Assembly (NCBI GenBank): GCA_021841005.1
Contig: JAKBVZ010000036.1
Coordinates: forward strand, 33,933-97,932
Reading direction: 5' to 3'
DNA length: 64,000 nucleotides
Source of the DNA: Actinomycetes bacterium
GTDB taxonomy: Bacteria; Actinomycetota; Acidimicrobiia; Acidimicrobiales; JAMCPL01
Part shown: positions 1 to 10,283 of the stretch, in pieces
Position numbering within the stretch: position 1 is the first letter of the stretch
Layout of the letters: every line of letters begins with the position of its first letter
Program-made: the position numbers and the translations under genes
Notes under the pieces: model-generated
Database searches by the model: none
What the model was told of the DNA's origin: nothing
Seen by the model: only the letters and a program-made list of their open reading frames with translations

Positions 1-961
1 TGAGAGTATGAGGTGACGTGGCCTTGGAACGCACCATATGCTCGGCAGTCCGGCGCCTCATGTTGTCAAAAGGTATCACCTCATCGGTACCGGCAAACGT
101 TCCAGAGGACTCCGCCAGAATGGCTCCCCCGCCGGCGCCGACTTCCATCTCCATCTGGACAGGCACCCCAGACGCTGTAACCACGCTGCCGGCACTGGGC
201 GGGACTGTGGTACTGGTGGGTGGAGTTTCTGTACTGGGTGGAGTTGTTGTACTGGGTGGAGTTGTTGCACTGGGTGGAGTTGTTGCACTGGGTGGAGTTG
301 TTGCACTGGTGGGTGGGGCTCCAGTAGCCGCATGAGACTGCACATCGTTACGAGTGATCCTCCCACCTGCACCAGTCCCTCGTATCTCGGATGGATTGAT
401 ACCTTTTTCCGCAATCAGTCGCCGGACGATGGGTGACGTGACTATGCCTGACAACGATGCGCCAGACCCTGCAGAGGTTGGAGTTGGAGTTGGAGTTGGA
501 GTTGGAGTTGGAGACGGTGATGTGGCTGGGAATGACGGGGTTGGGGCCGGGGATGTGGCCGGGGATGACAGAGGGGGAAAGGATGGCGGAGAAAGTACAG
601 AGGATCCAGCAGGTGCTTCACCGTCCGGCGGCGGGGCGTCTTGTGAAGTGACGACCGGCGGCGCTGTGGCGAAGCCAGTCCCTACAGGAGGTGACCCCGC
701 GGGAGGTGGCCCCGTCATCGGCTGCGATATGACAGCAAGCGGAGTGCCTACCGGCACCGTTTCTCCCTCGCGTACCAATATCTCCGCAAGCACACCTGAT
801 GCTGGGGAAGGGACCTCCGAGTCGACCTTGTCCGTGGATATCTCGAAGAGGGGCTCATCGCGCTCCACTGTCTCTCCTACAGCCTTGAACCATCTGGTCA
901 CCATGCCCTCCGTGACCGTCTCACCCAGCTGCGGCATCTCCACATTAATAGAATCAGCCAA
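1..961 (-). CDS. dlaT: Dihydrolipoamide acyltransferase (E2), runs off the left edge
   Basis: Manual translation from TTG at 961 (overlapping the lpdA stop) gives a lipoyl domain ([13 protein letters not shown]...[14 protein letters not shown]), a P/T/S-rich linker, a peripheral subunit-binding motif ([13 protein letters not shown]...[13 protein letters not shown]) and the start of the catalytic domain. Not in the ORF track because it is truncated. Confidence 0.9.
   Translation of the reverse strand, partial: MADSINVEMPQLGETVTEGMVTRWFKAVGETVERDEPLFEISTDKVDSEVPSPASGVLAEILVREGETVPVGTPLAVISQPMTGPPPAGSPPVGTGFATAPPVVTSQDAPPPDGEAPAGSSVLSPPSFPPLSSPATSPAPTPSFPATSPSPTPTPTPTPTPTSAGSGASLSGIVTSPIVRRLIAEKGINPSEIRGTGAGGRITRNDVQSHAATGAPPTSATTPPSATTPPSATTPPSTTTPPSTETPPTSTTVPPSAGSVVTASGVPVQMEMEVGAGGGAILAESSGTFAGTDEVIPFDNMRRRTAEHMVRSKATSPHTL
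217..310. repeat. 18-bp tandem repeat (ACTGGGTGGAGTTGTTGC, about 5 copies) in the E2 linker
   Basis: Visible directly; encodes TTPPSA-type repeats on the minus strand. Confidence 0.9.
477..513. repeat. (GTTGGA)n microsatellite, about 6 copies, in the E2 linker
   Basis: Visible directly; encodes a (PT)n run. Confidence 0.9.
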
Positions 962-2423
962 TATGCAAACCCCTTCCCGTCAACGATATCATTACTTCCC
1001 CGAACGCTTCGCTCAAGGTTGGATGAGGCTGGATGAGCCCAGCGAAATCATCCGGTGTAGCTTCCCAATTCACCGCCAGGTATCCCGGCGACAGCAATTC
1101 TGTTGCCCAGGGCCCGATAATATGCACCCCGAGTATCCTGCCCGACGAGCCGCCGGCCGCAACCTCTGCGACCACCTTGACCATGCCATCGGTCTCCCCC
1201 AGCACCTTGGCCCTCGAATTGCCACCAAAGGGGTCTTTGCGAACCATGACCTCGTAGCCTGCAGCCCTTGCCTGCTCTTCGCTCATGCCCGCAAATGCAA
1301 CTTCGGGATGGCTATAAATGCCCCAGGGGACTTTCCCGTAGTCGATGGGAAGCGCAGGCTCTCCTAGTATGTGCTTGATCACCTGGATGCCCTCCAGGAA
1401 ACCGACATGAGCCAGTTGGGGAGTATCGACGATGTCGCCCACAGCCCATACCCCCGTCTCTCCCGTCTGAAGCTCACCGTTCACGACTACAAACCCTCGC
1501 CCATCAAGCTTGACATCGACGCCTTCACCCAGCACACCGTCAGTGAAAGGACGCCTGCCAACGGCAACCACGACCATCTCGACAACCACCGACTCGCCGT
1601 CCCCGAAGGACACCGTGGTAGTGGACGAAGATGGCTCATGCCCCCTTACCTGCACTCCGGTATGTACCTTTATCCCCCTGCGCTTGAACGACCGGGTAAG
1701 CGCGTTGGATATGTCCTCATCACAACCGGCAAGAAGTCTGGGCAGGGCTTCCAGAACCGTCACGTCTGCGCCCAAGTCTGAGAAATATGATGCAAACTCG
1801 CAACCAATGGCGCCTCCTCCTATCACTGCAACGGTTCTCGGCAAATAATCCAGTGAAAGCACTTCGTCGGAGGTCACGACCATCTTGCCATCTATGTCCA
1901 GCCCGGGTATTGAACGGGTAACTGAACCTGTCGCAAGCACGACATGATCAGCCGCAATCACTCTCTCCCCACCACCGTCTTCGGCCACACGAACCCTCTT
2001 ACCAGGTAACAGAGTCCCTGTGCCACGTTCCACGTTTACGTGACGCCCCTTCATCAGGCCGGACAGCCCCTTATGTAGTTGGTCCACCACCGCAGTCTTG
2101 CGAAGCTGCATAGCCGCCATATCCATCCTCGGAGTACCGTCCACCACCACGCCAAATTCACCCGCATTCTTTACGGATCTCCATACTGATGCGGCTTCGA
2201 GCAATTCCTTCGCAGGAACGCATCCCTTATGCAGGCAGGTTCCACCCACCTTCGCCTGCTCGACTACGGTGATGCGCAGTCCGCACGATGCACCATAAAG
2301 AGCTGCCGCATATCCTGCGGGTCCACCCCCTATTATGATGACATCCCTCTCGTTTCCCTGCCCTTGGATATCTTGTCCCTGCCCATCAATCTGTCGTATT
2401 GTGTCCTGCCGACCAGCCATCAT
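954..2423 (-). CDS. lpdA: Dihydrolipoamide dehydrogenase (E3)
   Basis: GGGPAGY FAD motif, [11 protein letters not shown] redox disulfide, GGGAIG NAD motif, C-terminal HPTLSE. Confidence 0.97.
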   Translation of the reverse strand: MMAGRQDTIRQIDGQGQDIQGQGNERDVIIIGGGPAGYAAALYGASCGLRITVVEQAKVGGTCLHKGCVPAKELLEAASVWRSVKNAGEFGVVVDGTPRMDMAAMQLRKTAVVDQLHKGLSGLMKGRHVNVERGTGTLLPGKRVRVAEDGGGERVIAADHVVLATGSVTRSIPGLDIDGKMVVTSDEVLSLDYLPRTVAVIGGGAIGCEFASYFSDLGADVTVLEALPRLLAGCDEDISNALTRSFKRRGIKVHTGVQVRGHEPSSSTTTVSFGDGESVVVEMVVVAVGRRPFTDGVLGEGVDVKLDGRGFVVVNGELQTGETGVWAVGDIVDTPQLAHVGFLEGIQVIKHILGEPALPIDYGKVPWGIYSHPEVAFAGMSEEQARAAGYEVMVRKDPFGGNSRAKVLGETDGMVKVVAEVAAGGSSGRILGVHIIGPWATELLSPGYLAVNWEATPDDFAGLIQPHPTLSEAFGEVMISLTGRGLHIG

Positions 2424-2661
2424 GTATCAGAGTCTAGCCTACAGCAGCTTATCTCGTAACCGTACCAGCTATCGCCACACCATCACATGCCACGATATAT
2501 GTAGGATGGAACACGCCCGACCGGTATCATGCCCGGCATCTTCAGGAAGACTCCGCCAAGCTCCGCCAAGGAAATAGATGTGTGTCTCGGTCACTAGGAC
2601 GGATTTCGCCAATAGATCAAGCAAATCAGTGAACTAGCCAGCTCGCGGCTCTGCGTACCGC

Positions 2662-3684
2662 TCACCAGGCGGACTTGGCTGGCCTCGTATACCTCTCTAT
2701 TGTCCTAGAAGCCAGAAGTTGTCCAGCCTTGACGGCACGCGATACTGCCGCCGGGGGTCCTGACGATGGTCTGTACGCTTTCGATGCCTGGTCCAACTCG
2801 CTGTCCTCGTCATCACTCAGCTCCAGATCCGCCGCATCCACGTTTGCCTGTAGCTGAGAGAGCGATCCCGCTCCCGGAATCGCTACTACGTTGGGCCTGC
2901 GTATAAGCCAAGCAAGGGCAACCTGAGTAGGAGTCGCTCCGTGATCACGAGAGATGCGCCTGAGTGCCTCTACCACCGGCTCGGCTCTGGCCAGATTGCC
3001 AGGCTGGAATGCGGCAGTATACGCTCTCAGTCCATCGGGTACGTTGCCCGCCGAATAGCGACCCGACAGCAGACCCTGAGCGAGCGGGCTGTAAGCTATC
3101 ACGACATGGCCGGTCTCCTGCGCCCACGGCAGGATATCTGCCTCGATCCGCCTGTCCAGAAGGTTGTAGCGTACCTGATTGCTGAGGACATTGCCTGCAA
3201 GAAACCGTTCAGCCTGCTGCCAGGCCGCCAGAGAAAAATTGGACACGCCTGCATGCTTCACGATGCCGTCCCGTTGCAACCCGGCCATTGCCCTCATGGT
3301 GAAATTGAGCGGAATCACTGGGTTGGGCCAGTGGATCTGGTAAAGATCTATCGTATCCACGCGCAACCTTGCTGCGCTACGCCTCGCCCTGTCCCTCACC
3401 ACTGGGTCCACGGGCATGACGGGGAATACCTTCGTCGCGATAAACGCCTCTTCCCTGCGGGAGCCGAGCACCCTCCCCACAGCACGCTCCGACCGCCCCC
3501 ATCCATAAACTTCTGCGGTATCTATAAGATTGACACCCAGGTCGAGGGCCTTATTGACTATCGCTGCAGACTCTTTTTCCTCGTAGCTCCGGCCATAGTT
3601 CCACTCCTTGGAACCAAACTGCCACGTACCGAGCCCGATGGCGGAAAGCCTCTCTCCATGGGCTTGCACATATTGCATAACCAT
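2662..3684 (-). CDS. Aldo/keto reductase
   Basis: IGLGTWQFG, DTAEVYG, ATK, DLYQIHWP, GVSNF, AYSPLAQGLL motifs. Confidence 0.93.
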   Translation of the reverse strand: MVMQYVQAHGERLSAIGLGTWQFGSKEWNYGRSYEEKESAAIVNKALDLGVNLIDTAEVYGWGRSERAVGRVLGSRREEAFIATKVFPVMPVDPVVRDRARRSAARLRVDTIDLYQIHWPNPVIPLNFTMRAMAGLQRDGIVKHAGVSNFSLAAWQQAERFLAGNVLSNQVRYNLLDRRIEADILPWAQETGHVVIAYSPLAQGLLSGRYSAGNVPDGLRAYTAAFQPGNLARAEPVVEALRRISRDHGATPTQVALAWLIRRPNVVAIPGAGSLSQLQANVDAADLELSDDEDSELDQASKAYRPSSGPPAAVSRAVKAGQLLASRTIERYTRPAKSAW

Positions 3685-3709
3685 ATAGTATCGCCATCCA
3701 ATCCCTAGT

Positions 3710-4477
3710 TTACTTTGGAGGGAGCCTTATCCCTCCGTCAAGCCTGATGACTTCACCGTTCAAATAGCTGCACGAAACGATGAATGCCACCACGTCGGCA
3801 TACTCGGATGGCTTGCCCAGCCGCTTGGGGAAAAGCACCGACTGCCCGAGGGCCTCACGCTGCGGTTCTGGAAGAAGACCGAGAAGTGGTGTGTCGAACA
3901 GACCTGGAGCAATGGCACATACCCTGATGCCGGTAACGGCAAGATCCCTGGATGCCGGCACTGTCATGCCGACGATGGCACCTTTCGATGCAGAGTATGC
4001 CAGCTGGCCGATCTGGCCTTCAAAAGCCGCGACTGAAGCCGTATTGACGATAACTCCCCTGTTGCCATCCTCCAGCGGCTCTACCTGCGCTATCGCCGAA
4101 CTCGCCCTCGTCATGACGTTGAAGGTGCCGATCAGATTGACATTCTGGATGAGCTGGAATGCCTGCAGATCATGAGGGGAATTGTCACGATTGATGACCC
4201 GGCCTACCCATCCGATACCGGCACAGTTGACAGCAATCCTGAGCCGACCACCTTCTGCGGCCTGATCTACCGCTCTCTGGCAATCCTCCGGATTGGATAC
4301 ATCTCCTGTAACATAATTCGTTCCTGCACCAAGCTCATCTGCAAGCTTCTTCGCAGGCTCCTCCTTTATGTCAAATATCGTACAACGTGCTCCCAGAGAG
4401 GTGAGCTTGCGTACGGTGGCTTCTCCGAGTCCCGAGGCACCACCGGTCACTATTGCTGAACATCCATTTATTTCCAT
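3710..4477 (-). CDS. SDR, 3-hydroxyacyl-CoA dehydrogenase type II (HSD17B10-like)
   Basis: [52 protein letters not shown]. Confidence 0.93.
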   Translation of the reverse strand: MEINGCSAIVTGGASGLGEATVRKLTSLGARCTIFDIKEEPAKKLADELGAGTNYVTGDVSNPEDCQRAVDQAAEGGRLRIAVNCAGIGWVGRVINRDNSPHDLQAFQLIQNVNLIGTFNVMTRASSAIAQVEPLEDGNRGVIVNTASVAAFEGQIGQLAYSASKGAIVGMTVPASRDLAVTGIRVCAIAPGLFDTPLLGLLPEPQREALGQSVLFPKRLGKPSEYADVVAFIVSCSYLNGEVIRLDGGIRLPPK

Positions 4478-4552
4478 GAAGACGATGCTAGACCATCCAT
4501 GCGGCTACGCGCCAAATCGATTGCCCACCTGGCGCTTCAAAATGCTGAGCCG

Positions 4553-5236
4553 TCAGGCAGGCCCGCTTCCTCGCTGTGTCCTAGCGGCCTCGTTGGCCAT
4601 GGCATCCACGAGTTCGTTCATCGCATCTCCTGAATGCCCGCGAGTCCAGGAAAAGTCGACTTCGATAGGACCGTCCAGCACCAGATGCAACAGAGGTTCC
4701 CATAGATCACGATTGGCAACGCCATCACCTTTGGCGTTCCTCCAGCCTTTCTTTATCCATCCTTCCCACCAGTGATGGCTGAAGCAGTTGACCAGATAGG
4801 ATGAGTCGCTGATTATAGTCAGCCTGACCGGGTCAATGCCCGAGCCGCATGACCGGGAAGGAGCGGAAGTGGTAACTCCACCGGCTAAAGTAGTAAGACC
4901 GAGCCGGTCAGTTCGATCAGTTCGATCAGCCAGGTCATTGCACTCGTCAAAAGTACCGTTTATTTGGGTCGTTACAGCGTATCCGGTCGCTCCGGCGGCT
5001 GTGCCTGATTGGCGCACGGCACCACCAGCAATAATTCTGGAATCGCATCGCTGGCCTACGAGATGGTCAATGTGATCCACTATCCACTGCATCGCCTCCA
5101 GCGCAGCAGTGAGCTCCATCCTCTGATTCGTGGTGGAGCGCTCCGCCCCGCTGGCGGTTGGGCCGCCAACGAGTGCCCAAGCCCAGCCACCAGGCCCCGG
5201 ATTCCCGAGACACGAACCGTCCGTGTAGGCAATCAC
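4553..5236 (-). CDS. rnhA: Ribonuclease HI with a long internal insertion
   Basis: YTDGSCLGNPGPGGW, TTNQRMELTAA, SDSSY, VANRDLW, GHSG...NELVD motifs, with about 70-80 extra residues between helix A and the ISDS strand. Confidence 0.92.
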   Translation of the reverse strand: MIAYTDGSCLGNPGPGGWAWALVGGPTASGAERSTTNQRMELTAALEAMQWIVDHIDHLVGQRCDSRIIAGGAVRQSGTAAGATGYAVTTQINGTFDECNDLADRTDRTDRLGLTTLAGGVTTSAPSRSCGSGIDPVRLTIISDSSYLVNCFSHHWWEGWIKKGWRNAKGDGVANRDLWEPLLHLVLDGPIEVDFSWTRGHSGDAMNELVDAMANEAARTQRGSGPA

Positions 5237-5450
5237 GGCAAGCCCTTAGCGAGAATATCTAACCCGGCGACTGAATAAAATACATCCATCAGCCGACAAT
5301 TTACCCCAACGCCAACCGGTAGGTAAAATACTGTCGATCCAACCGCGCCAACCGCTCCAGTATGCCGGTATGCGAGCCACGCTATCGTTAAACGGCGTGT
5401 GGCAGCACGGCGCACTGCCCCGGCAGGCGCCGATGCGATCAAAGGCACAG

Positions 5451-5501
<51 letters not shown>

Positions 5502-5564
5502 GCTGCCAGGCAAGTGCCGGCACAGGCATCCTGCCAACGTTAACGCATCTACAAGTGAAAGAAT

Positions 5565-8411
5565 ATGACCATGCTGTTTGATGGGCTGTCGCACCAATTG
5601 CCTGACATCGATCCGGAAGAGACCATGGAGTGGATGGACTCCTTCGACGCTGTCGTCGATACCAAGGGCCGTGGCCGTGGGCGGTTCCTTCTTATGAAAA
5701 TGCTCGAACGTGCCAGGACAAAGCAAGTGGATTTCCCCGCCACTATATCCACCCCCTACGTCAATACCATAGCGAAAGATCAGGAGCCATGGTTTCCTGG
5801 AGACGAACAAATGGAGAGACGGATAAGGGCTTATATACGCTGGAATGCCGCCGTCATGGTCATAAGGGCGAATACACGCAATCCCGGCATCGGCGGGCAT
5901 CTATCCACTTACGCAAGTTCCGCAACACTGTATGAAGTAGGTTTCAACTATTTCTTCAGGGGAAAGTCGGATGGCGGGTTCGGAGACCAGGTCTTTTTCC
6001 AAGGGCACGCATCACCAGGGATATACGCTAGGGCGTTTGTAGAAGGCCGGCTGAGCGAAGAGCAGATGGACAGCTTCAGGACAGAGGTAGACAACGGAGG
6101 GCTACCAAGCTACCCTCATCCTCGCCTCGCTCCGGACTTCTGGGAGTTCCCCACAGTTTCGATGGGCCTAGGGCCGCTGTTCGCCATATACCAGGCACAT
6201 ATAAACCGCTACCTGCAGAGCCGCGAACTCGTCGATACCTCCAATGCCAGGGTATGGGCGTTTGCCGGTGATGGGGAGATGGACGAGCCTGAAGCAATAG
6301 CAGCGCTGGGAGTAGCGGGCCGGGAACACTTGGACAACCTCATCTTCGTGGTCAATTGCAACCTCCAGCGCCTCGATGGCCCGGTACGGGGAAACGGAAA
6401 GATCATCCAGGAACTCGAAGCGACCTTTCGTGGCGCCGGATGGAATGTAATCAAGGTCATCTGGGGTTCCAAGTGGGACGACCTGCTTGCCAGAGATGTA
6501 GACGGCGTCCTGCTCGACAAGATGAACACCACCCCCGATGGTGATTTCCAAAAATACGCCACCGAATCGGGTGCATACATTCGCGAGCACTTCTTCGGAC
6601 CGGACCCAAGACTGCGCAAGATGGTGGAACATCTTACCGACGAAGAGCTCCAGAACCTTCCTAGAGGAGGCCATGACTACCGCAAACTCTATGCCGCCTA
6701 CAAGCTGGCAACTGAAGAACGGGAGGCGCCTACTGCCATCCTGGCAAAGACGATCAAGGGTTGGATGCTGGGACCAGAGGTGGAGGCACGCAACGCCACC
6801 CATCAGATCAAGAAGATGGGCAGCGCTCAGCTAGTGGCGCTACGAGATCGCCTCAATCTCATAGAGGAAATACCTGACAGCGCCTTGGATGGCGATATCC
6901 CCCCTTACTACCGACCGGAAAAAGGCTCTACCGCTTACGACTATATCATGGCTAGACGTAAGCTGACGGCAGGCCCGGTGCCTCAACGAGTGGTCAGGAA
7001 GCGCACTACCGGTAAACCGGACGCCAAGGTTTTCGATGACCTGCTGGAAGGATCCAACGGGCAAGCCGTCTCCACCACCATGGTATTCGCTAGGTTGTTA
7101 CGCAACATGGCCAGGGATGCCGAAATCGGCAAACTGGTGGTACCTATCGTACCTGACGAAGCACGCACTTTCGGCCTCGAACCACTTATTTCCGAACACA
7201 AGATCTACGCTCCCGAGGGGCAGCTGTACACACCCGTCGACGCAGGTCTGCTGCTGACCTACGCAGAGGCAAAAAACGGCCAGATACTCGAAGAGGGCAT
7301 AACCGAAGCGGGAGCCATGGCTGCTTTTGGTAGCCTAGCGACCGCCTATGCCACCTGGGGTCGGCCCATGATACCTATACTGCTCTTTTACTCGATGTTT
7401 GGTTTCCAGCGCGCAGGAGATATCACGTGGCTGCTCGGCGATATCCGGGCAAGGGGGATACTCGCTGGCTGCACAGCAGGACGTACCACACTTGAAGGCG
7501 AGGGACTCCAGCATGACGATGGGCATTCCCCCCTGCTGGCATCGGTAAATCCCGCCTGCCGCATATATGACCCTGCTTTCTCGTACGAGATAGCGGCAAT
7601 CATGCAATATGCAGTGAAAGAGATCCTCGACCCCGACAGTGAGGATGCCTTTTTCTATCTCACCTTATACAACGAGAATTATCCCATGCAGGCACTACCG
7701 CCTGGGATTGACAGGGATCGCATCCTGGAAGGCACGGTCAAGGGTATGTACCTCTATGCAGAACGCCCAGACGGCGTTAGCCGTGCTACGGACAGGAAAG
7801 ACAGCCAGGACAGCAGGGACAGCAGGGACAGCAGGGACAGCAGGGACAGCGCAACCAGTGGCAACGGCCCAGCCGGCAAGGTGCCCTCATCGCACGAATC
7901 AAACGGACTTTCCGCAACGTTGCTTTTCTCAGGTCCGCTCTTCGGGGAGGTAATGAAAGCCCGAGAATTGCTCGCTTCGGACTGGGGGATAGGTGCCGAC
8001 GTATACTCTGCAACCTCGTACACCACATTGCGCCGGGAAGCTCTATCCACGATGCGCCACAACATGCTGCATCCGACTATTGCTCCCAGGTTGCCATATG
8101 TCACCCAGATGCTCTCCGGCGGTACGGGACCGATTGTAGCCGTAAGTGATTACATCCGGTCGGTTCCAGACCAGATAGCCCGATTCGTTCCTGCCGGACG
8201 GATGTTTATGTCACTCGGCACAGACGGGTTCGGCAGATCGGACACGCGTAGTGCACTGAGACGTTTCTTCGAGACAGATGCGGCACACATAGTCGTTGCC
8301 ACGCTGTACGCGCTCGCTCTCGCCGGGGAGATAGGACCCGAAACGGTTGCTGCTGCGATAAGGCGATACAGTATCGACCCTGAGCTACCCGACCCCTGGG
8401 CACTGAAGTAG
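5565..8411 (+). CDS. aceE: Pyruvate dehydrogenase E1, homodimeric type
   Basis: DIDPEETxEW, GGHLSTYAS, FPTVSMGLGP, GDGEMDEPE TPP motif, NCNLQRLDGPVRGN, GEGLQH, LGTDGFGRSD. Confidence 0.97.
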   Translation: MTMLFDGLSHQLPDIDPEETMEWMDSFDAVVDTKGRGRGRFLLMKMLERARTKQVDFPATISTPYVNTIAKDQEPWFPGDEQMERRIRAYIRWNAAVMVIRANTRNPGIGGHLSTYASSATLYEVGFNYFFRGKSDGGFGDQVFFQGHASPGIYARAFVEGRLSEEQMDSFRTEVDNGGLPSYPHPRLAPDFWEFPTVSMGLGPLFAIYQAHINRYLQSRELVDTSNARVWAFAGDGEMDEPEAIAALGVAGREHLDNLIFVVNCNLQRLDGPVRGNGKIIQELEATFRGAGWNVIKVIWGSKWDDLLARDVDGVLLDKMNTTPDGDFQKYATESGAYIREHFFGPDPRLRKMVEHLTDEELQNLPRGGHDYRKLYAAYKLATEEREAPTAILAKTIKGWMLGPEVEARNATHQIKKMGSAQLVALRDRLNLIEEIPDSALDGDIPPYYRPEKGSTAYDYIMARRKLTAGPVPQRVVRKRTTGKPDAKVFDDLLEGSNGQAVSTTMVFARLLRNMARDAEIGKLVVPIVPDEARTFGLEPLISEHKIYAPEGQLYTPVDAGLLLTYAEAKNGQILEEGITEAGAMAAFGSLATAYATWGRPMIPILLFYSMFGFQRAGDITWLLGDIRARGILAGCTAGRTTLEGEGLQHDDGHSPLLASVNPACRIYDPAFSYEIAAIMQYAVKEILDPDSEDAFFYLTLYNENYPMQALPPGIDRDRILEGTVKGMYLYAERPDGVSRATDRKDSQDSRDSRDSRDSRDSATSGNGPAGKVPSSHESNGLSATLLFSGPLFGEVMKARELLASDWGIGADVYSATSYTTLRREALSTMRHNMLHPTIAPRLPYVTQMLSGGTGPIVAVSDYIRSVPDQIARFVPAGRMFMSLGTDGFGRSDTRSALRRFFETDAAHIVVATLYALALAGEIGPETVAAAIRRYSIDPELPDPWALK
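7791..7850. repeat. 9-bp in-frame repeat (GACAGCAGG) inside aceE
   Basis: Encodes DSQDSRDSRDSRDS within a roughly 45-aa low-complexity insertion. Confidence 0.9.
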
Positions 8412-8509
8412 GCCTGGAACACAAGTGGGGCGGTCGCGATTTATATTACCTCCTATCGCGTCGTAATGGGTGGCTGAAGTAAATCTGGAACAGAGGTGGG
8501 GCGGTCGCG
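8403..8509. repeat. Repeat-insert-repeat unit 1 (36 bp + 35 bp + 36 bp, period 71)
   Basis: 8403-8438 CTGAAGTAGGCCTGGAACACAAGTGGGGCGGTCGCG vs 8474-8509 CTGAAGTAAATCTGGAACAGAGGTGGGGCGGTCGCG (5 mismatches). The first copy spans the aceE stop. Confidence 0.8.
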
Positions 8510-8514
8510 GTCAA

Positions 8515-8814
8515 CGGCACCCGACCCCCATTTCCACCCAGCTCACTCCACCGGAAGCAGCCTACATATTATCGGACTGCGATGCTAATGCTCTGGTGGT
8601 TTCTCGGGAACTAATCACTGTGGCCACCGATGCTTTGGATATCCTGAAGCATGAAGACGCTGCACTCCCTGCCAGGATACTCAAGCTGTCCACCGGTACC
8701 GGGGTTTCCGGTGGATACCCATGTCACACGTCTTGCGATCCCTGCCAGGATACTCAAGCTATCCACCGGTACCGGTTCGCATGCCAGCTGGTTATCAATA
8801 CACACTACATGTAG
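8515..8814 (+). pseudogene. Fragment of an AMP-binding acyl-CoA synthetase
   Basis: TPISTQLTPPEAAYILSDCDANALVVS resembles the PINxxLTxxEVAYILxDS segment of acyl-CoA ligases. It has no proper N- or C-terminus and is frameshifted by unit 2. Confidence 0.6.
8666..8775. repeat. Repeat-insert-repeat unit 2 (37 + 36 + 37, period 73)
   Basis: 8666-8702 and 8739-8775 TCCCTGCCAGGATACTCAAGCT(G/A)TCCACCGGTACCGG, 1 mismatch. Confidence 0.93.
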
Positions 8815-8896
8815 ACAATATCGCCACTATTAGTATTTTTTAAGCAAAAAGGTACTATAATTAGAGGTAGAGGCGTAGGCAGGAGAAAGCCAGACA

Positions 8897-9976
8897 GTGC
8901 CTACCAGGTACTATCTGCAACCATCCACAAGACAGTTGCGTAACCGGAGAGTGAGGATGATAGCTGCAACTACCAGCACAGACAGGTCAAACGGATCGGA
9001 CAGGGCAACGCAGTTGCGTAAAACACACCTGACCGGACCTACCGATGACCCGTTCATCAATGCCGTTATACGACGATCCCTAGATCCAGATCCAAAGCTC
9101 AGACGACTGGCTGCATCCAGCCGGCATGCCACCCCATTTATACTGGCGTTCCTTGCCCTTGACGACGATGGCATTACCCGTATGAAAGTGGCCGGCAACG
9201 CTATCACGCCGAGCGTAGTGCTGGAACACCTCTCTCTGGATTCGCTGGACAGCGTGAGGGCCGAAGTGGCCGGCAACCCAAATGTCACCCCTGCCTTACT
9301 GGAAGAGCTTTCTGATGATCAATCATTCCTGGTAAGGGCACGCGTGGCAAGCAACAGGGCTTCAGACGTGAGCGTGCTTGCCTACCTGGCAGACGATGCC
9401 AACTGGAGCGTACGGGAAGCGGTTGCCTCCAACCCCATGACCCTGCAAGAAACACTTGATCAGCTGGCTACGGACGACTCGTCACATGTGCGCCGCGCAG
9501 TAGGAAACAACCCTGCCACATCGCTCAAGTGGCTCATGGCGCTCGCTGACGATCCGGACCGGTCCGTGCGTACAGCCGTATATGGCAACCCGTCCAGTAA
9601 CGATCAAGTGAGGAACAAGGTGGAAGGATACCTTTCAGTACGGGTAGGTATCCATCCTGCTGCAAGTCTGGCAACAGATGCACGTAGGCTCATGAATATG
9701 GCAAGCAACCGCAACTGGGTAATCCGCCAGGGCGTCGCCATGAATCCGGTAGCTCCTAGGCACGCGTTGACACAACTGGCCAAGGACCCCGACTGGAGAG
9801 TAAGACGAGGCGTGGCGGCAAACCATGCCACACCCAGAGACACCCTGATCCTGCTTGCAGACGACAACCATCCTGAGGTATGCCAGGCGGTAGCCGACAA
9901 CTCGGCCGTCCCTCCCGCCGCTCTCACGATTGCCTTGGCCAACTTGGCCAAGGTGCACCGGCGTTACGTTGTATAG
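8897..9976 (+). CDS. Leucine-rich-repeat-variant (LRV)/HEAT-like repeat protein, paralog 1
   Basis: About 24-aa repeats LAxDxxxxVRxxVAxNPxxxxxxL throughout. The start may be the ATG at about 8957. Confidence 0.8.
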   Translation: MPTRYYLQPSTRQLRNRRVRMIAATTSTDRSNGSDRATQLRKTHLTGPTDDPFINAVIRRSLDPDPKLRRLAASSRHATPFILAFLALDDDGITRMKVAGNAITPSVVLEHLSLDSLDSVRAEVAGNPNVTPALLEELSDDQSFLVRARVASNRASDVSVLAYLADDANWSVREAVASNPMTLQETLDQLATDDSSHVRRAVGNNPATSLKWLMALADDPDRSVRTAVYGNPSSNDQVRNKVEGYLSVRVGIHPAASLATDARRLMNMASNRNWVIRQGVAMNPVAPRHALTQLAKDPDWRVRRGVAANHATPRDTLILLADDNHPEVCQAVADNSAVPPAALTIALANLAKVHRRYVV

Positions 9977-10081
9977 AGCGCCATCTAGCGGGTCCGCTGA
10001 TGCCAGAACCTACAGCACCGAAGGCATGACGGCGTTTACGCTGTGGGTTGCCGCGCTGCCGACTGCTGTGCTACCACACGA

Positions 10082-10185
10082 TGCACACCTGCACACCTGC
10101 ACACCTGCACACCTGCACACCTGCACACCTGCACACCTGCACACCTGCACACCTGCACACCTGCACACCTGCACACCTGCACACC
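10082..10185. repeat. (TGCACACC)13 microsatellite
   Basis: Thirteen perfect 8-bp copies between the two LRV genes. Confidence 0.97.
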
Positions 10186-10283
10186 GCACCAGGTACCCGG
10201 GCCCAGACACGGGCTACACAGACTATATTGCCTCCATGCCCAGGCACTGGTATGCACCTGTGTGGCAGAACATCATGCTATGA

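Noticed and set aside
354-1367. 337-aa plus-strand ORF
   Set aside because: Antisense shadow of dlaT/lpdA, like most short overlapping ORFs in the track.
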